Shown here: positions 8,643-17,202 of the stretch, piece after piece | How positions within the stretch are numbered: position 1 is the first letter of the stretch | How the letters are laid out: every line of letters begins with the position of its first letter | From: Candidatus Methylomirabilis oxygeniifera | GTDB taxonomy: Bacteria; Methylomirabilota; Methylomirabilia; Methylomirabilales; Methylomirabilaceae | DNA: 32,000 bases | NCBI GenBank assembly: GCA_000091165.1 | Contig: FP565575.1 | Coordinates: 1,350,001 to 1,382,000 of the forward strand | Reading direction: 5' to 3' | Position numbers and translations under genes: made by a program | Notes under the pieces: generated by a model | The model's input: only the letters and a program-made list of their open reading frames with translations | The model's database searches: none | Told to the model about the DNA's origin: nothing

Positions 8643-9080
8643 TTAACCCTCTTTTTCAGCCAGTATCTGGAGCTGAATCTGTCGCTCTCTCGGTCCGTCC
8701 AACTCCGCAAAGATAATAGACTCAAAGGTCCCAAGGCTCATCTCTCCGTCCACCACCGGCACCGAAAGCTGTCGGCCAAGCAAGAGAGAGCGAAGGTGCG
8801 AAGCGGCGTTGCTCCGATCGCAATCGGAGTAGGACGGATCGTTATGGCGATAGCCGTCCGCCTGCCCGACCAGGCGATCCATAAGGGCCTGGATATCGTG
8901 CAGCAAGGCCTCCTGCCACTCATTGATGAACAGCGCAGTCGTCGTGTGAAGGGAGTTGAGGATGACCAACCCCTGCTTGATCTCATGACGCTGGAGCAGA
9001 TCTCGCACACGCTTTGTCAGATCCATGAACTGGAGTCGATCCTCCGTCGCCACCGTAAACGTTTCGTGCCTGATTATCAT
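8643..9080 (-). CDS. YjbQ/UPF0047-family protein (secondary thiamine-phosphate synthase-like)
   Basis: 145 aa with HTTTALFINE, AASHLRSLLLG and LGTFESIIFAELDGPRER, matching the YjbQ family pattern. A strong GGAGGGAGGG precedes ATG 9080. Confidence 0.8.
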   Translation of the reverse strand: MIIRHETFTVATEDRLQFMDLTKRVRDLLQRHEIKQGLVILNSLHTTTALFINEWQEALLHDIQALMDRLVGQADGYRHNDPSYSDCDRSNAASHLRSLLLGRQLSVPVVDGEMSLGTFESIIFAELDGPRERQIQLQILAEKEG

Positions 9081-9234
9081 ACCCTCCCTCCGTTAAGGTG
9101 CGAACTCTTCACGCAGATGTACGCCGCCTCGGACAGCGGCACCACCCTCCTCAAACCCGGATACGCACTACCTTCGATCATGAACGCCGCGCCTCCGCAC
9201 CGACTCCTCCTTCTCCCTGCTTGCTTCGACTCAA

Positions 9235-9696
9235 CTACCAGTCAGGGTGAAGATCGGGCCGCTGCTTCATCGCCTCCGCGAGCGGCGTCATCAGGCGCTC
9301 CTTCCCGTATACAAAGCCACCCCTCTCGTAGGAAGCAAGCTCGTACTGTTTGCCCAGCACAATCGCCTCCTCCGGGCAGGCCTCCTCACAGTAGCCGCAA
9401 AAGATACAACGCAGCATGTGGATCTTATACACCTTGGCGTAGCGCTCGCCTTTGGAGTGGCGCTCTTGCCCGGTATTTTCAGCCGCCTCAACGTAGATCG
9501 CATCTGCCGGACAGGCGACCGCGCACAGCTCGCAACCCACGCACCGCTCCATCCCGTCGTCGCCCACTACCAGCATATGCAGACCGCGATAGCGAGGCGC
9601 AAGCGGAAGCCGCTCTTCCGGATAGGACACCGTCACCGGCTTCCGAAAGATATGCTTGAACGTCGTCGCCATCCCCTTCAAGATCTCAGTAATCAT
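9235..9696 (-). CDS. nuoI: NADH:quinone oxidoreductase subunit I (2x[4Fe-4S] ferredoxin-type), copy 1
   Basis: 153 aa with N-terminal ILKGMATTFKHIFRKPVTVSYPEE and two CxxCxxCxxxCP motifs (CVGCELCAVACP, CIFCGYCEEACP). Confidence 0.9.
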   Translation of the reverse strand: MITEILKGMATTFKHIFRKPVTVSYPEERLPLAPRYRGLHMLVVGDDGMERCVGCELCAVACPADAIYVEAAENTGQERHSKGERYAKVYKIHMLRCIFCGYCEEACPEEAIVLGKQYELASYERGGFVYGKERLMTPLAEAMKQRPDLHPDW

Positions 9697-9730
9697 CGTA
9701 GCCGCCCCTGATGCGCCACACGCAACATCT

Positions 9731-10276
9731 CTATGCCGCCCTGTGCCAAGGAAGGTGAAAGAGGCCCTGCTTGCTCGGGCGCTCCTTGGCGATCTTTTCC
9801 TGCAGCAGCATAATCCCGTGAATCAACTGCTCAGGTCTCGGCGGGCAGCCGGGTACGTAGACATCGACCGGAACGATCTGGTCCACGCCCTGAACGATGG
9901 TATAGGTATTGAAGATTCCACCACAGGATGCGCACGCGCCCATCGCGATGACCCACTTCGGCTCCGGCATCTGATCGTAGATCCTTCTGAGGACCGGAGC
10001 CATCTTGCGGCTCACGCGGCCGGCCACGATCATCAGGTCGGACTGACGCGGCGATCCCCGAAAGACCTCTGCCCCGAACCGGGCAAGATCGAAACGTGAC
10101 GCGCCCGTCGCCATCATCTCAATAGCGCAGCAGGCAAGCCCGAAGCTCGCCGGCCAGATCGATGACTTCCTCGCCCAGTTGACCAGGCTGTCCAGTGTCG
10201 TCAGGAGGAGGCCCCGCTCAAACTCCTGTTCCTCTTCCTTCGTGGGCAGGACCCCAGTATCACTTACGTGTAACAT
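9731..10276 (-). CDS. nuoB: NADH:quinone oxidoreductase subunit B (N2 cluster subunit), copy 1
   Basis: [38 protein letters not shown] and VYVPGCPP are present. The start is set at ATG 10276 (MLHVSDTG...). The track start 10396 would overlap the iscA-like gene that ends at 10305. Confidence 0.9.
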   Translation of the reverse strand: MLHVSDTGVLPTKEEEQEFERGLLLTTLDSLVNWARKSSIWPASFGLACCAIEMMATGASRFDLARFGAEVFRGSPRQSDLMIVAGRVSRKMAPVLRRIYDQMPEPKWVIAMGACASCGGIFNTYTIVQGVDQIVPVDVYVPGCPPRPEQLIHGIMLLQEKIAKERPSKQGLFHLPWHRAA

Positions 10277-10304
10277 TCTTGCATCCCTACGCGGCAGAAG
10301 ACAA

Positions 10305-10607
10305 TCAGCAGCCGCAGTTCGCCTTCGGGTTAGGGTTCTTGAGGCTAAAGCCGGCTCCCTGTAGGCTGTCCAGATAGTCGATCTCAGAACCGGCAAGGTA
10401 GACGTAGCTCTGGGGATCTACCAGAACCTTGACGCCGTGAGTCTCAAACACCTGGTCGGCCGCCTGGGGTTCGTCGAACTCCAACTGGTAAGAAAGGCCT
10501 GAGCAACCACCGCCGACAACGCGGACGCGCAAACCTTCTTCAGGCTTCGCCTGCGTCTTGAGCAGATCAGCGACTTTCGTTGCGGCCGACTCGGTAAGGG
10601 TAATCAT
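10305..10607 (-). CDS. iscA: A-type iron-sulfur cluster carrier (IscA/ErpA/HesB family)
   Basis: 100 aa with [21 protein letters not shown] and a C-terminal CGC, the three conserved Cys of A-type carriers. GAAGGAGG precedes ATG 10607. Confidence 0.9.
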   Translation of the reverse strand: MITLTESAATKVADLLKTQAKPEEGLRVRVVGGGCSGLSYQLEFDEPQAADQVFETHGVKVLVDPQSYVYLAGSEIDYLDSLQGAGFSLKNPNPKANCGC

Positions 10608-10666
10608 CGAGACCTCCTTCTATTGCAAGCGCTTGATTGATACCTCACTCATCGTTGGAGAAGCGA

Positions 10667-11893
10667 TCAACATGGACGGAGACTCCACCGGGTATCTTTG
10701 ACGTCGATCCCCTCAAGCGCCATCTCGTACAAGGGTGACAGCGCACGCAGGCGGGTCACGTTCTCTATCACACGAGCGGCAACATAGTCCAGCTCTTCCT
10801 CGGTATTCGACCGACCGAGGCCGAAACGGATACTCGCATGCGCCAGCTCTGCATTCAGACCGATCGCCAGCAGGACGTACGAAGGTTCGACCGTCGCACT
10901 GGTGCAGGCAGAACCGGAAGAGACAGCTATCCCTTTCAACGCCATGAGCAGCGACTCTCCCTCGACAAACTCAAAGGAGATATTCAGGTTGCCGGGAAGG
11001 CGCTCCGTCGGATGACCGTTGAGGCGCAGATAGTCAAGCCCGGACCACAGTTCAGTGCGTAACCGCTCGCGAAGCGTGAGGAGCCGCGACGACTCGCTCT
11101 CAAGCTCGCGCTCGGCAAGGGCACAGGCTGCGCCGAAACCGACGCACCCGGGGACATTGAGCGTTCCGGAGCGGCGGCCCTTCTCGTGGCCGCCCCCATC
11201 CATCTGAGGAACCAGCTTGACGCGAGGCTTCGTCATCCGCACATAGAGCGCCCCCACTCCCTTCGGACCGTAACATTTATGGGCCGACGCCGAGAGGAGA
11301 TCGACCTGCCAGTCGTCCACCGACAGCGGCAGCTTGCCCACGTACTGAGCGGCGTCGGTATGAAACAGGACGCCATGGCGCTTGGCGATCCGGCCGATCT
11401 CGACGATCGGTTGCAGCGTTCCGATTTCGTTGTTTGCCGCCATAATTGAAATGAGGACCGTGTCTTTCCTGATTGCTCGCTCGACATCGGCCGGATCGAC
11501 GCGTCCGGTTTTGTCTACGGAAAGATAGGTGACCTGGCAACCCTCTTGCTCCAGCCGCTTACAGGTATCAAGGACAGCGTGATGCTCGATCCTGGAGGTG
11601 ATCAGGTGTCGCCCCTTCTCCCGATAGGCGGCAGCTACCCCTTTGATCGCAAGGTTGTTCGCCTCCGTGGCGCCGCTCGTCCAGACGATCTCTGCCGCTT
11701 TACAGCCAAGCAGGTGCGCAACCTGCGCGCGAGCCTGTTCCACCGCCTCCTCGGCCACCCAGCCGAAAGAGTGGCTGCGAGAGGCGGGGTTGCCGAACCG
11801 CTCACAGAAGTACGGCCGCATCGCCTCGAAGACCTCCGGGGCAACAGGCGTCGTCGCCAGATGATCCATATAAATGGGAAGAGTGACCGTCAT
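10667..11893 (-). CDS. iscS: Cysteine desulfurase (class I, IscS/NifS type)
   Basis: 408 aa with PLP lysine motif SASAHKCYGPKG and active-site loop SSGSACTS. Confidence 0.92.
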   Translation of the reverse strand: MTVTLPIYMDHLATTPVAPEVFEAMRPYFCERFGNPASRSHSFGWVAEEAVEQARAQVAHLLGCKAAEIVWTSGATEANNLAIKGVAAAYREKGRHLITSRIEHHAVLDTCKRLEQEGCQVTYLSVDKTGRVDPADVERAIRKDTVLISIMAANNEIGTLQPIVEIGRIAKRHGVLFHTDAAQYVGKLPLSVDDWQVDLLSASAHKCYGPKGVGALYVRMTKPRVKLVPQMDGGGHEKGRRSGTLNVPGCVGFGAACALAERELESESSRLLTLRERLRTELWSGLDYLRLNGHPTERLPGNLNISFEFVEGESLLMALKGIAVSSGSACTSATVEPSYVLLAIGLNAELAHASIRFGLGRSNTEEELDYVAARVIENVTRLRALSPLYEMALEGIDVKDTRWSLRPC

Positions 11894-11958
11894 CGGCTTA
11901 TCCTATTTTCTTCACCGCTTTTCCCAGACTCTCCGGCAATCAACTGAATGCTCACCTC

Positions 11959-11988
11959 ATTCTAAGAAAACTATGACCCAGTTGTCAA
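11959..11988 (-). promoter_or_regulatory. Candidate sigma70-type promoter for the iscS operon
   Basis: On the minus strand: TTGACA (11988-11983), an 18-nt spacer, then TAGAAT (11964-11959), about 65 nt upstream of the iscS ATG. It lies in the only sizeable gap (188 nt) of this part of the array. This rests on sequence pattern only. Confidence 0.3.
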
Positions 11989-12081
11989 TTTCAATGCTGG
12001 TGTGGCGTCCTCTGTGCATGTATTAGGCCTACAATTTCATCGTGGTCCATCCGACAAAGCCGGCTTACGGCGGAGTGTACC

Positions 12082-13128
12082 TTACGGCGCGGCGTCTGAT
12101 TCCGTCTTGACGGGCGCGTTTCCCGGCCGCCGCCGGCTCAGTGCTATCTCCAGTGCGTAGGTCGCCAGGCCGATCGCCGTCCAGAATATCTGGTTGATTC
12201 GCAGGATCATCGAAAACGCCACACCCTCGCTGAAGGTGAAGCCGATCGCCCGCTCAAAGATCATCGCGCGCGTAAACTCCTGCGTCCCGAGCCCTGCCGG
12301 AACCATAAAGATCATGCAATCGAACCAGCTACCGAAGAACCAGATCGTAGACGCCTTGGCCCAGTCGTTCACGCCGAAGACAAACCAGAGGAAGAGCCCC
12401 GCCTGCGCGATCCCCATGGTAAACGCCAAGGCGTGCCAGAACAACGCCAGGATCAAATCCTTCCCCTGCTTTTCGTAGTGACTACGCAGCCGACCGTCCA
12501 ACTCGGCAAGGTTCGTCTCGACCCACTCGCGCGCCTGCTGTCCGGCAACACCCCCTACGACACGGCCAAGGAATCCGCCGAACCATCCCTGCCGCTGGAA
12601 GATCAGAAAACCGATGAAACCGCCCCACATCGCCACGCTCGCGGCCCAGAACGTCACCTTTACGCCAAGGTCCAGAGGCGTCCACAACAGGACTACCGCC
12701 GATCCCAGGAAGGCCATTCCGAACTGCACAATACCGTACGTAAACTTGTCGATGATGACGACTCTCGCCGCCTCGGCGCGCGAGACATACTTTTCCAGAA
12801 GCGTCACCTTGACCACCTCGCCACCGAATCCGGATGTCGGGGTGATGAAATTATACGCCGCTGCGGTACAGCGCACATACAGCAGGTTGAGCAGCGGCAC
12901 CTTCGGGCTGTCCCGACTGAAGCAGTAGCGTGTCGCTATGGCGCGCATGACGTCGCCCACTCCCTCGAGCGCCAGGAATAGAACCAGTCCGAAGCCGAAG
13001 CGCGCGACTCCCTCCCACAACTCTCGCGCTCCCGCTGTGTAGATCAGATAGCCGAAGAGCACAACGCCGGCGAGCGGCACGAGGATGTGGAAGACTCGGA
13101 GACTGCGCTTGTCCGTTCCCTGGCTCAT
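12082..13128 (-). CDS. Polytopic membrane protein, flippase-like (LPG-synthase-TM / UPF0104-like)
   Basis: The protein has multiple long hydrophobic segments. The N-terminal layout (basic stretch, then LVPLAGVVLFGYLIYTAG..ELWEGV) resembles PF03706-type proteins; family assignment is tentative. ATG 13128 is preceded by GAGGGGG; GTG 13134 is the alternative used by the track. Confidence 0.6.
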   Translation of the reverse strand: MSQGTDKRSLRVFHILVPLAGVVLFGYLIYTAGARELWEGVARFGFGLVLFLALEGVGDVMRAIATRYCFSRDSPKVPLLNLLYVRCTAAAYNFITPTSGFGGEVVKVTLLEKYVSRAEAARVVIIDKFTYGIVQFGMAFLGSAVVLLWTPLDLGVKVTFWAASVAMWGGFIGFLIFQRQGWFGGFLGRVVGGVAGQQAREWVETNLAELDGRLRSHYEKQGKDLILALFWHALAFTMGIAQAGLFLWFVFGVNDWAKASTIWFFGSWFDCMIFMVPAGLGTQEFTRAMIFERAIGFTFSEGVAFSMILRINQIFWTAIGLATYALEIALSRRRPGNAPVKTESDAAP

Positions 13129-13307
13129 CTGCACCCCCTCAGTTGCAGGTGAACTCCTTCCGTGTGCTGCGGAACTCGCGGGTCGTGATCGTCGCCATTC
13201 CCCTCCGGTCCAGGGCTTCCCTTCTGAGAACGGCGATGCGGCAAGGAGCGCTCAGACAGTCCTCGCACACTCCAGGACCCCACCCGAGACTGGAGGATTA
13301 CGTTCAT

Positions 13308-14510
13308 CTAGTGTTCGGTGAGCTGGCAGCAGCGGTTACAGATCGGCAGGAGCCCACCTTGTTCCGACAGCATCCGCCGGAAGGTCTGGTACCTATCGCC
13401 GAACCAGATATCGAGAAACGGCTGCTCGTTGACGTTCCCCATCGAGAGCGGCTCGTCCATAAAGAGGTTACACGCGTAGACGTGACCGTCGACGTCGATC
13501 GTCGGCTCGAGGTAGGGTACCGAGCAATGCGTGCGGCCGAGATTCCAGTTGTAGTCCGTGTAGAGTTTCGGAATCTCCGTCAATGGGATCGACGGGAGAT
13601 GGTGAACGAAAAAATCATAATCCTTGGTCTTGAGCCGGCGGATAGTCTGCGCGATCTCCTTCGCCTCTTCCTCGAAATCGCCATAGTCCTCGGCGAACCC
13701 AGTCCAGCTCGTGAGGCCGTTGGTACCGAAGTACTGTGCCGCAACTTTATTATAGGCTTCGCCCTTGGCCGTAGGCACCCAAATCGGGTTCGACTTGATG
13801 GTGAGGACGTCCAGCAGGCCTTTGCCGGCTAGCTCCTCGCAAAGCTTGAGCGCCGACGAGGACTTGTTGTGGCGCGTCATGGTAAAGCTCACATGTATAA
13901 GCGGCGTATGGCGGTTACGGCGCTCGCGCTCCACGATGATCGCCTCCAGCCCCTCCAACGTCTTATCGAACGCCCACTCCGCTTGGCGTACGAAGTTGTG
14001 CGCCTCCTTGTCGCCGTCGACCGATATATGGATCGCATCGACCCCTGTGTCGATCAACTCGCCCGCATACTTTTTCAAGAGCGTACCGTTGGTCACAGGC
14101 TTCACGAAGAGACGGTGGCGCTTCAGCATCCGGAGGAGTTCGATGATCTGCGGATAGAGAAACGTCTCGCCCCCCTCTATGTCGACATACCTCAGACCGT
14201 GCGGCACGAGTTCCTGCACAACCCCTTCGATCACCTCCAGCTTGAGTTCGCGCTTGAGTTTGGCGGTATCGTAATTGAAGTAGGTCCCCGTGTCGCCCCA
14301 TTGACCACACATTTTGCAGCGGAGGTTGCAGCCGTAGATGACGTGCAGGTCGAGCTTGACGGGATAGAAGGTCCCGTTTTCAGGAAGGTCGTTCTGCGCG
14401 AGCCGTCTGGCAGTCTTATCGTAGGCGCTCCGTCGGAGCACGAAGTAGTAGTAGCGCGGGTTTTCGACGACGCCCTGAAGGAGGCGCCAGTAGAGGCCAA
14501 CTTTTGACAA
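13308..14510 (-). CDS. Radical SAM enzyme with C-terminal SPASM/twitch-like Cys-rich domain, substrate unknown
   Basis: CNLRCKMC (CxxxCxxC) at about residue 62, the GGE motif (DIEGGETFLYP), and C-terminal CSVPYLEPTIDVDGHVYAC (Cx12Gx4C) followed by ICNRCC. TTG start at 14510, with GGGGGA just upstream, 9 nt after the preceding stop. Confidence 0.85.
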   Translation of the reverse strand: MSKVGLYWRLLQGVVENPRYYYFVLRRSAYDKTARRLAQNDLPENGTFYPVKLDLHVIYGCNLRCKMCGQWGDTGTYFNYDTAKLKRELKLEVIEGVVQELVPHGLRYVDIEGGETFLYPQIIELLRMLKRHRLFVKPVTNGTLLKKYAGELIDTGVDAIHISVDGDKEAHNFVRQAEWAFDKTLEGLEAIIVERERRNRHTPLIHVSFTMTRHNKSSSALKLCEELAGKGLLDVLTIKSNPIWVPTAKGEAYNKVAAQYFGTNGLTSWTGFAEDYGDFEEEAKEIAQTIRRLKTKDYDFFVHHLPSIPLTEIPKLYTDYNWNLGRTHCSVPYLEPTIDVDGHVYACNLFMDEPLSMGNVNEQPFLDIWFGDRYQTFRRMLSEQGGLLPICNRCCQLTEH

Positions 14511-14519
14511 CAGTCCCCC

Positions 14520-15722
14520 TTATGCCCCAAACTTCTTGAATCGCAACGCGTTGGCCATGGCAAGGGGCATCAGATCGACCGCGCGCATCGTCGCCAGGGG
14601 TCCCTGAGCGCATTCCCGTTCCGTAAATCTGCCGGCCCCGGTAGCACGCGACCATCGCGACCAGAGCAGAAAAGGAACCGGATGCCAGCTGTGGGTTTTC
14701 AGAACAGCCGGGGTGGAATGGTCGCCCGTCACAATAAACACATCCGGGTGAAGTGCGAGAAAATCTGGAATTCGTCGATCCAGCTCTTCCAGCGCGGCAA
14801 CCTTCGCGTCAAAGTCGCCGTCCTCGCCGGCCCGATCGGTTCCTTTAAAATGGACATAAAAGAAATCATACTTGTCATAGTTGAGCGACAAGACTTTGAG
14901 CTCGTCATCTAAATTGGCGCAAAATGGCAACGCCTCCATCCCCACAAGTTTGGCGAGACCACGGTACATTGGGTAACAGGTGATCGCAACCGCGCGGAGC
15001 CGCAACAGTTCCGGAAACGCCGGCAACTCTGGCGGCAAGGCGAAGCCCCTGAGCAGGATCATATTGGCCGGATGCTCGTCCTTGAGTACTCCACGGGCCT
15101 GTTCTATGAATTGATTCACCAGCGCCGCGGTTCGTTCCGCTCCGGAGTCGACAGCTCTCACTGCAAGAGGTCGCTCACCCGTAGTCTGGGGATCGGACTC
15201 GGAAAGCGCGTCAGAGAGTCCCTCCCCACGAAAAACGACGACGAATCGATGCTCCTTGACGGGCCTGACGATGACCTCTACCCCTTCAATCCGAATCTGA
15301 TCGAGTTGACGACACAAGCGCTCACAGCTCTCGGTCGTAATTCGACCGGCGCGCCGGTCTATCACCCTTCCCTCTTCATCCAGCGTACAAAAATTACCTC
15401 GACTTGCCACATCGCCTGGACGAAGGTCCAGGTCGATGCCGCACGCCTCAAGGACGCCTCGTCCGATCTGATATGTAAACGGATCGTAGCCGAAGAGGGC
15501 AAGATGCCCCGGTCCACTGCCGGGGATAATCCCGGGACCCACCATATCGATGAGACCGCAAAGCGAACGAGCAGCAAGCGCATCAAGGTTGGGGAGCTTC
15601 GCGACCTCCAGTTCACTTCGACCATCCGCCTCTCTCGGCAGCCCCCCCAGCCCATCAGCGACGAACAGGACGATCTTAGAGGACGAGGGAATGGCCAGCT
15701 GGTTGATCAGTGTCAAATCCAT
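14520..15722 (-). CDS. apgM: Cofactor-independent phosphoglycerate mutase family protein, archaeal ApgM type (the family also contains proposed homoserine kinases)
   Basis: VLFVADGLGGLP, KLPNLDALA and VTGDHSTPAVLKTHSWHPVPFLLW are typical of the metalloenzyme/alkaline-phosphatase-superfamily ApgM group. The start is set at ATG 15722 (MDLTLINQ...), preceded by GGAGG. The track start 15920 would overlap moeA. Confidence 0.8.
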   Translation of the reverse strand: MDLTLINQLAIPSSSKIVLFVADGLGGLPREADGRSELEVAKLPNLDALAARSLCGLIDMVGPGIIPGSGPGHLALFGYDPFTYQIGRGVLEACGIDLDLRPGDVASRGNFCTLDEEGRVIDRRAGRITTESCERLCRQLDQIRIEGVEVIVRPVKEHRFVVVFRGEGLSDALSESDPQTTGERPLAVRAVDSGAERTAALVNQFIEQARGVLKDEHPANMILLRGFALPPELPAFPELLRLRAVAITCYPMYRGLAKLVGMEALPFCANLDDELKVLSLNYDKYDFFYVHFKGTDRAGEDGDFDAKVAALEELDRRIPDFLALHPDVFIVTGDHSTPAVLKTHSWHPVPFLLWSRWSRATGAGRFTERECAQGPLATMRAVDLMPLAMANALRFKKFGA

Positions 15723-15783
15723 GAAGGTATTGCCTCCAGACAGCGCTGCCCGATAATAGCGCCGAGGATAATCGGATGAGTGG

Positions 15784-16995
15784 TCAAAACAGGAGGACCT
15801 CCACAACTTCTCCCTTTTCGAGGAGGTCCACATTGGCAGGAATCTCGATATACCCCTCTGCGTCCGCCATTGAGGTGATAGCGCCCGACTCTTTGAAGAC
15901 CGGGACAACCTCCCCGCCATCGAGACGAACAGGCAGATATTGATGCCGCCCGATCGTCGAGGTATAGCGACGGGCCATCGAGGCTTTCACCGAGGCAAGC
16001 GCCTGCCGGCCCAGCCTTGCCATCTTCCGAAGCGCGGGCGCCAGGATCCCATATCCGTTGGTCAGGCATGACGTGGGATAACCCGGCATTCCAAGCAAGA
16101 GATGGCCTTCCACAATACCGCACAGGGTAGGTTTTCCCGGCTTGACGGCGATGCCGTGGAACTTCACCTCCCCCATCCGCTGCACCGCTTCGACCATCAT
16201 ATCACGCTCGCCGACAGAGCTGCCGCCGGACAGGACGATGAGGTCGTACGAGAGGGCCTCTCGAATCGTCGAGATCGCCGACTCCAATGTATCCTTCATG
16301 ATCGGAAAGATGTGCGGAATGCCGCCGTTCTCGCTGATCAGCGCAGAGAGGGTATAGGAGTTGATGTCGTAGATCTTCCCAGGACTGAGCGCCTCCCCGG
16401 CTAAGAGGATTTCATTGCCGGACGGAATCACCGCGACCAGGGGCCTCTGATAGACCGCAACCTTTTGGAATCCGAGAGCCGCCAGTACGCCGATCTTACT
16501 GGGGTCCAAACGCATCCCACGCTGCAGGACCAGACTGCCCACCTTGATGTCCTCGCCCATCGGTGAGGCGTGTTGTTGCGGATAGACAGGCTTGTAAACC
16601 CGTACCTTGTCACCGTCAAGCTCCGTATCTTCCACCATCACGACGGCATCGGCACCATCGGGCATCGGGGCGCCCGTTGCCACCTGGATGCAACTCCCCG
16701 ACCGGACGCTGAGGCGGGAGGACTCCCCGGCGTGAATGACATCGATCAGCTCCAGGATTCTGGGTGAAAAGTTCCCGGCGCCGAACGTGTCTTCTGCCTT
16801 CACGGCATACCCGTCCATGGCCGCCCGCGTAAACGGCGGCACATCCATAGACGCGCAGACCTCTTCAGCCAGAACCCGCCCCACCGCCTCGAGCAGCGTC
16901 GTCTGCTCGGTCCGTTCTATCGGCTGGGCCGCGTCCATAACGATTCGCATCCCCGCCTCCAGGTCGAGGAGCGCCTTCATCGGTTTCATTGCCAT
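15784..16995 (-). CDS. moeA: Molybdopterin molybdenumtransferase
   Basis: 403 aa with MoeA domain order and the MoCF-binding segment (DLIVLSGGSSVGERD). ATG 16995; ATG 16989 is also possible. Confidence 0.88.
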   Translation of the reverse strand: MAMKPMKALLDLEAGMRIVMDAAQPIERTEQTTLLEAVGRVLAEEVCASMDVPPFTRAAMDGYAVKAEDTFGAGNFSPRILELIDVIHAGESSRLSVRSGSCIQVATGAPMPDGADAVVMVEDTELDGDKVRVYKPVYPQQHASPMGEDIKVGSLVLQRGMRLDPSKIGVLAALGFQKVAVYQRPLVAVIPSGNEILLAGEALSPGKIYDINSYTLSALISENGGIPHIFPIMKDTLESAISTIREALSYDLIVLSGGSSVGERDMMVEAVQRMGEVKFHGIAVKPGKPTLCGIVEGHLLLGMPGYPTSCLTNGYGILAPALRKMARLGRQALASVKASMARRYTSTIGRHQYLPVRLDGGEVVPVFKESGAITSMADAEGYIEIPANVDLLEKGEVVEVLLF

Positions 16996-17070
16996 AGGAC
17001 TACCCTTGTGGCCTCACGATACCTCATGTGCCTGCAGTACGCCCACAGACGCGAATGTTCCTCCAGCTCC

Positions 17071-17160
17071 GTCATTGCGAGCGACCAACGGGAGCGTGGC
17101 AATCTCACCGTCGTTGTCCAGAGGAACTGTGAGATTGCTTCGGCTTCGCCTCGCAATGAC
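17071..17160. repeat. R1 palindromic intergenic element, copy B (inverted relative to copy A)
   Basis: Arms are 17071-17108 (GTCATTGCGAGCGACCAACGGGAGCGTGGCAATCTCAC) and 17129-17160 (GTGAGATTGCTTCGGCTTCGCCTCGCAATGAC). It lies between the trxB stop (17203) and the moeA start (16995). Confidence 0.85.
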
Positions 17161-17202
17161 ATGGGAGAGTTGGACATCGCATCTTGCGCCACCCCCCTCG
17201 TC

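Noticed and set aside
8796-9659. 287-aa plus-strand ORF spanning the yjbQ-like gene, the intergenic gap and nuoI
   Set aside because: It is antisense to two well-supported genes and crosses their intergenic region. Its composition is Arg/Pro/Ser-rich, and it has no motif or Shine-Dalgarno.
13143-15779. Plus-strand ORFs 13143..13832, 13869..14507 and 15072..15779, antisense to the radical SAM and ApgM-like genes
   Set aside because: The opposite strand carries clear CxxxCxxC/SPASM and ApgM motifs. These ORFs have no recognisable domains and look like shadow frames.
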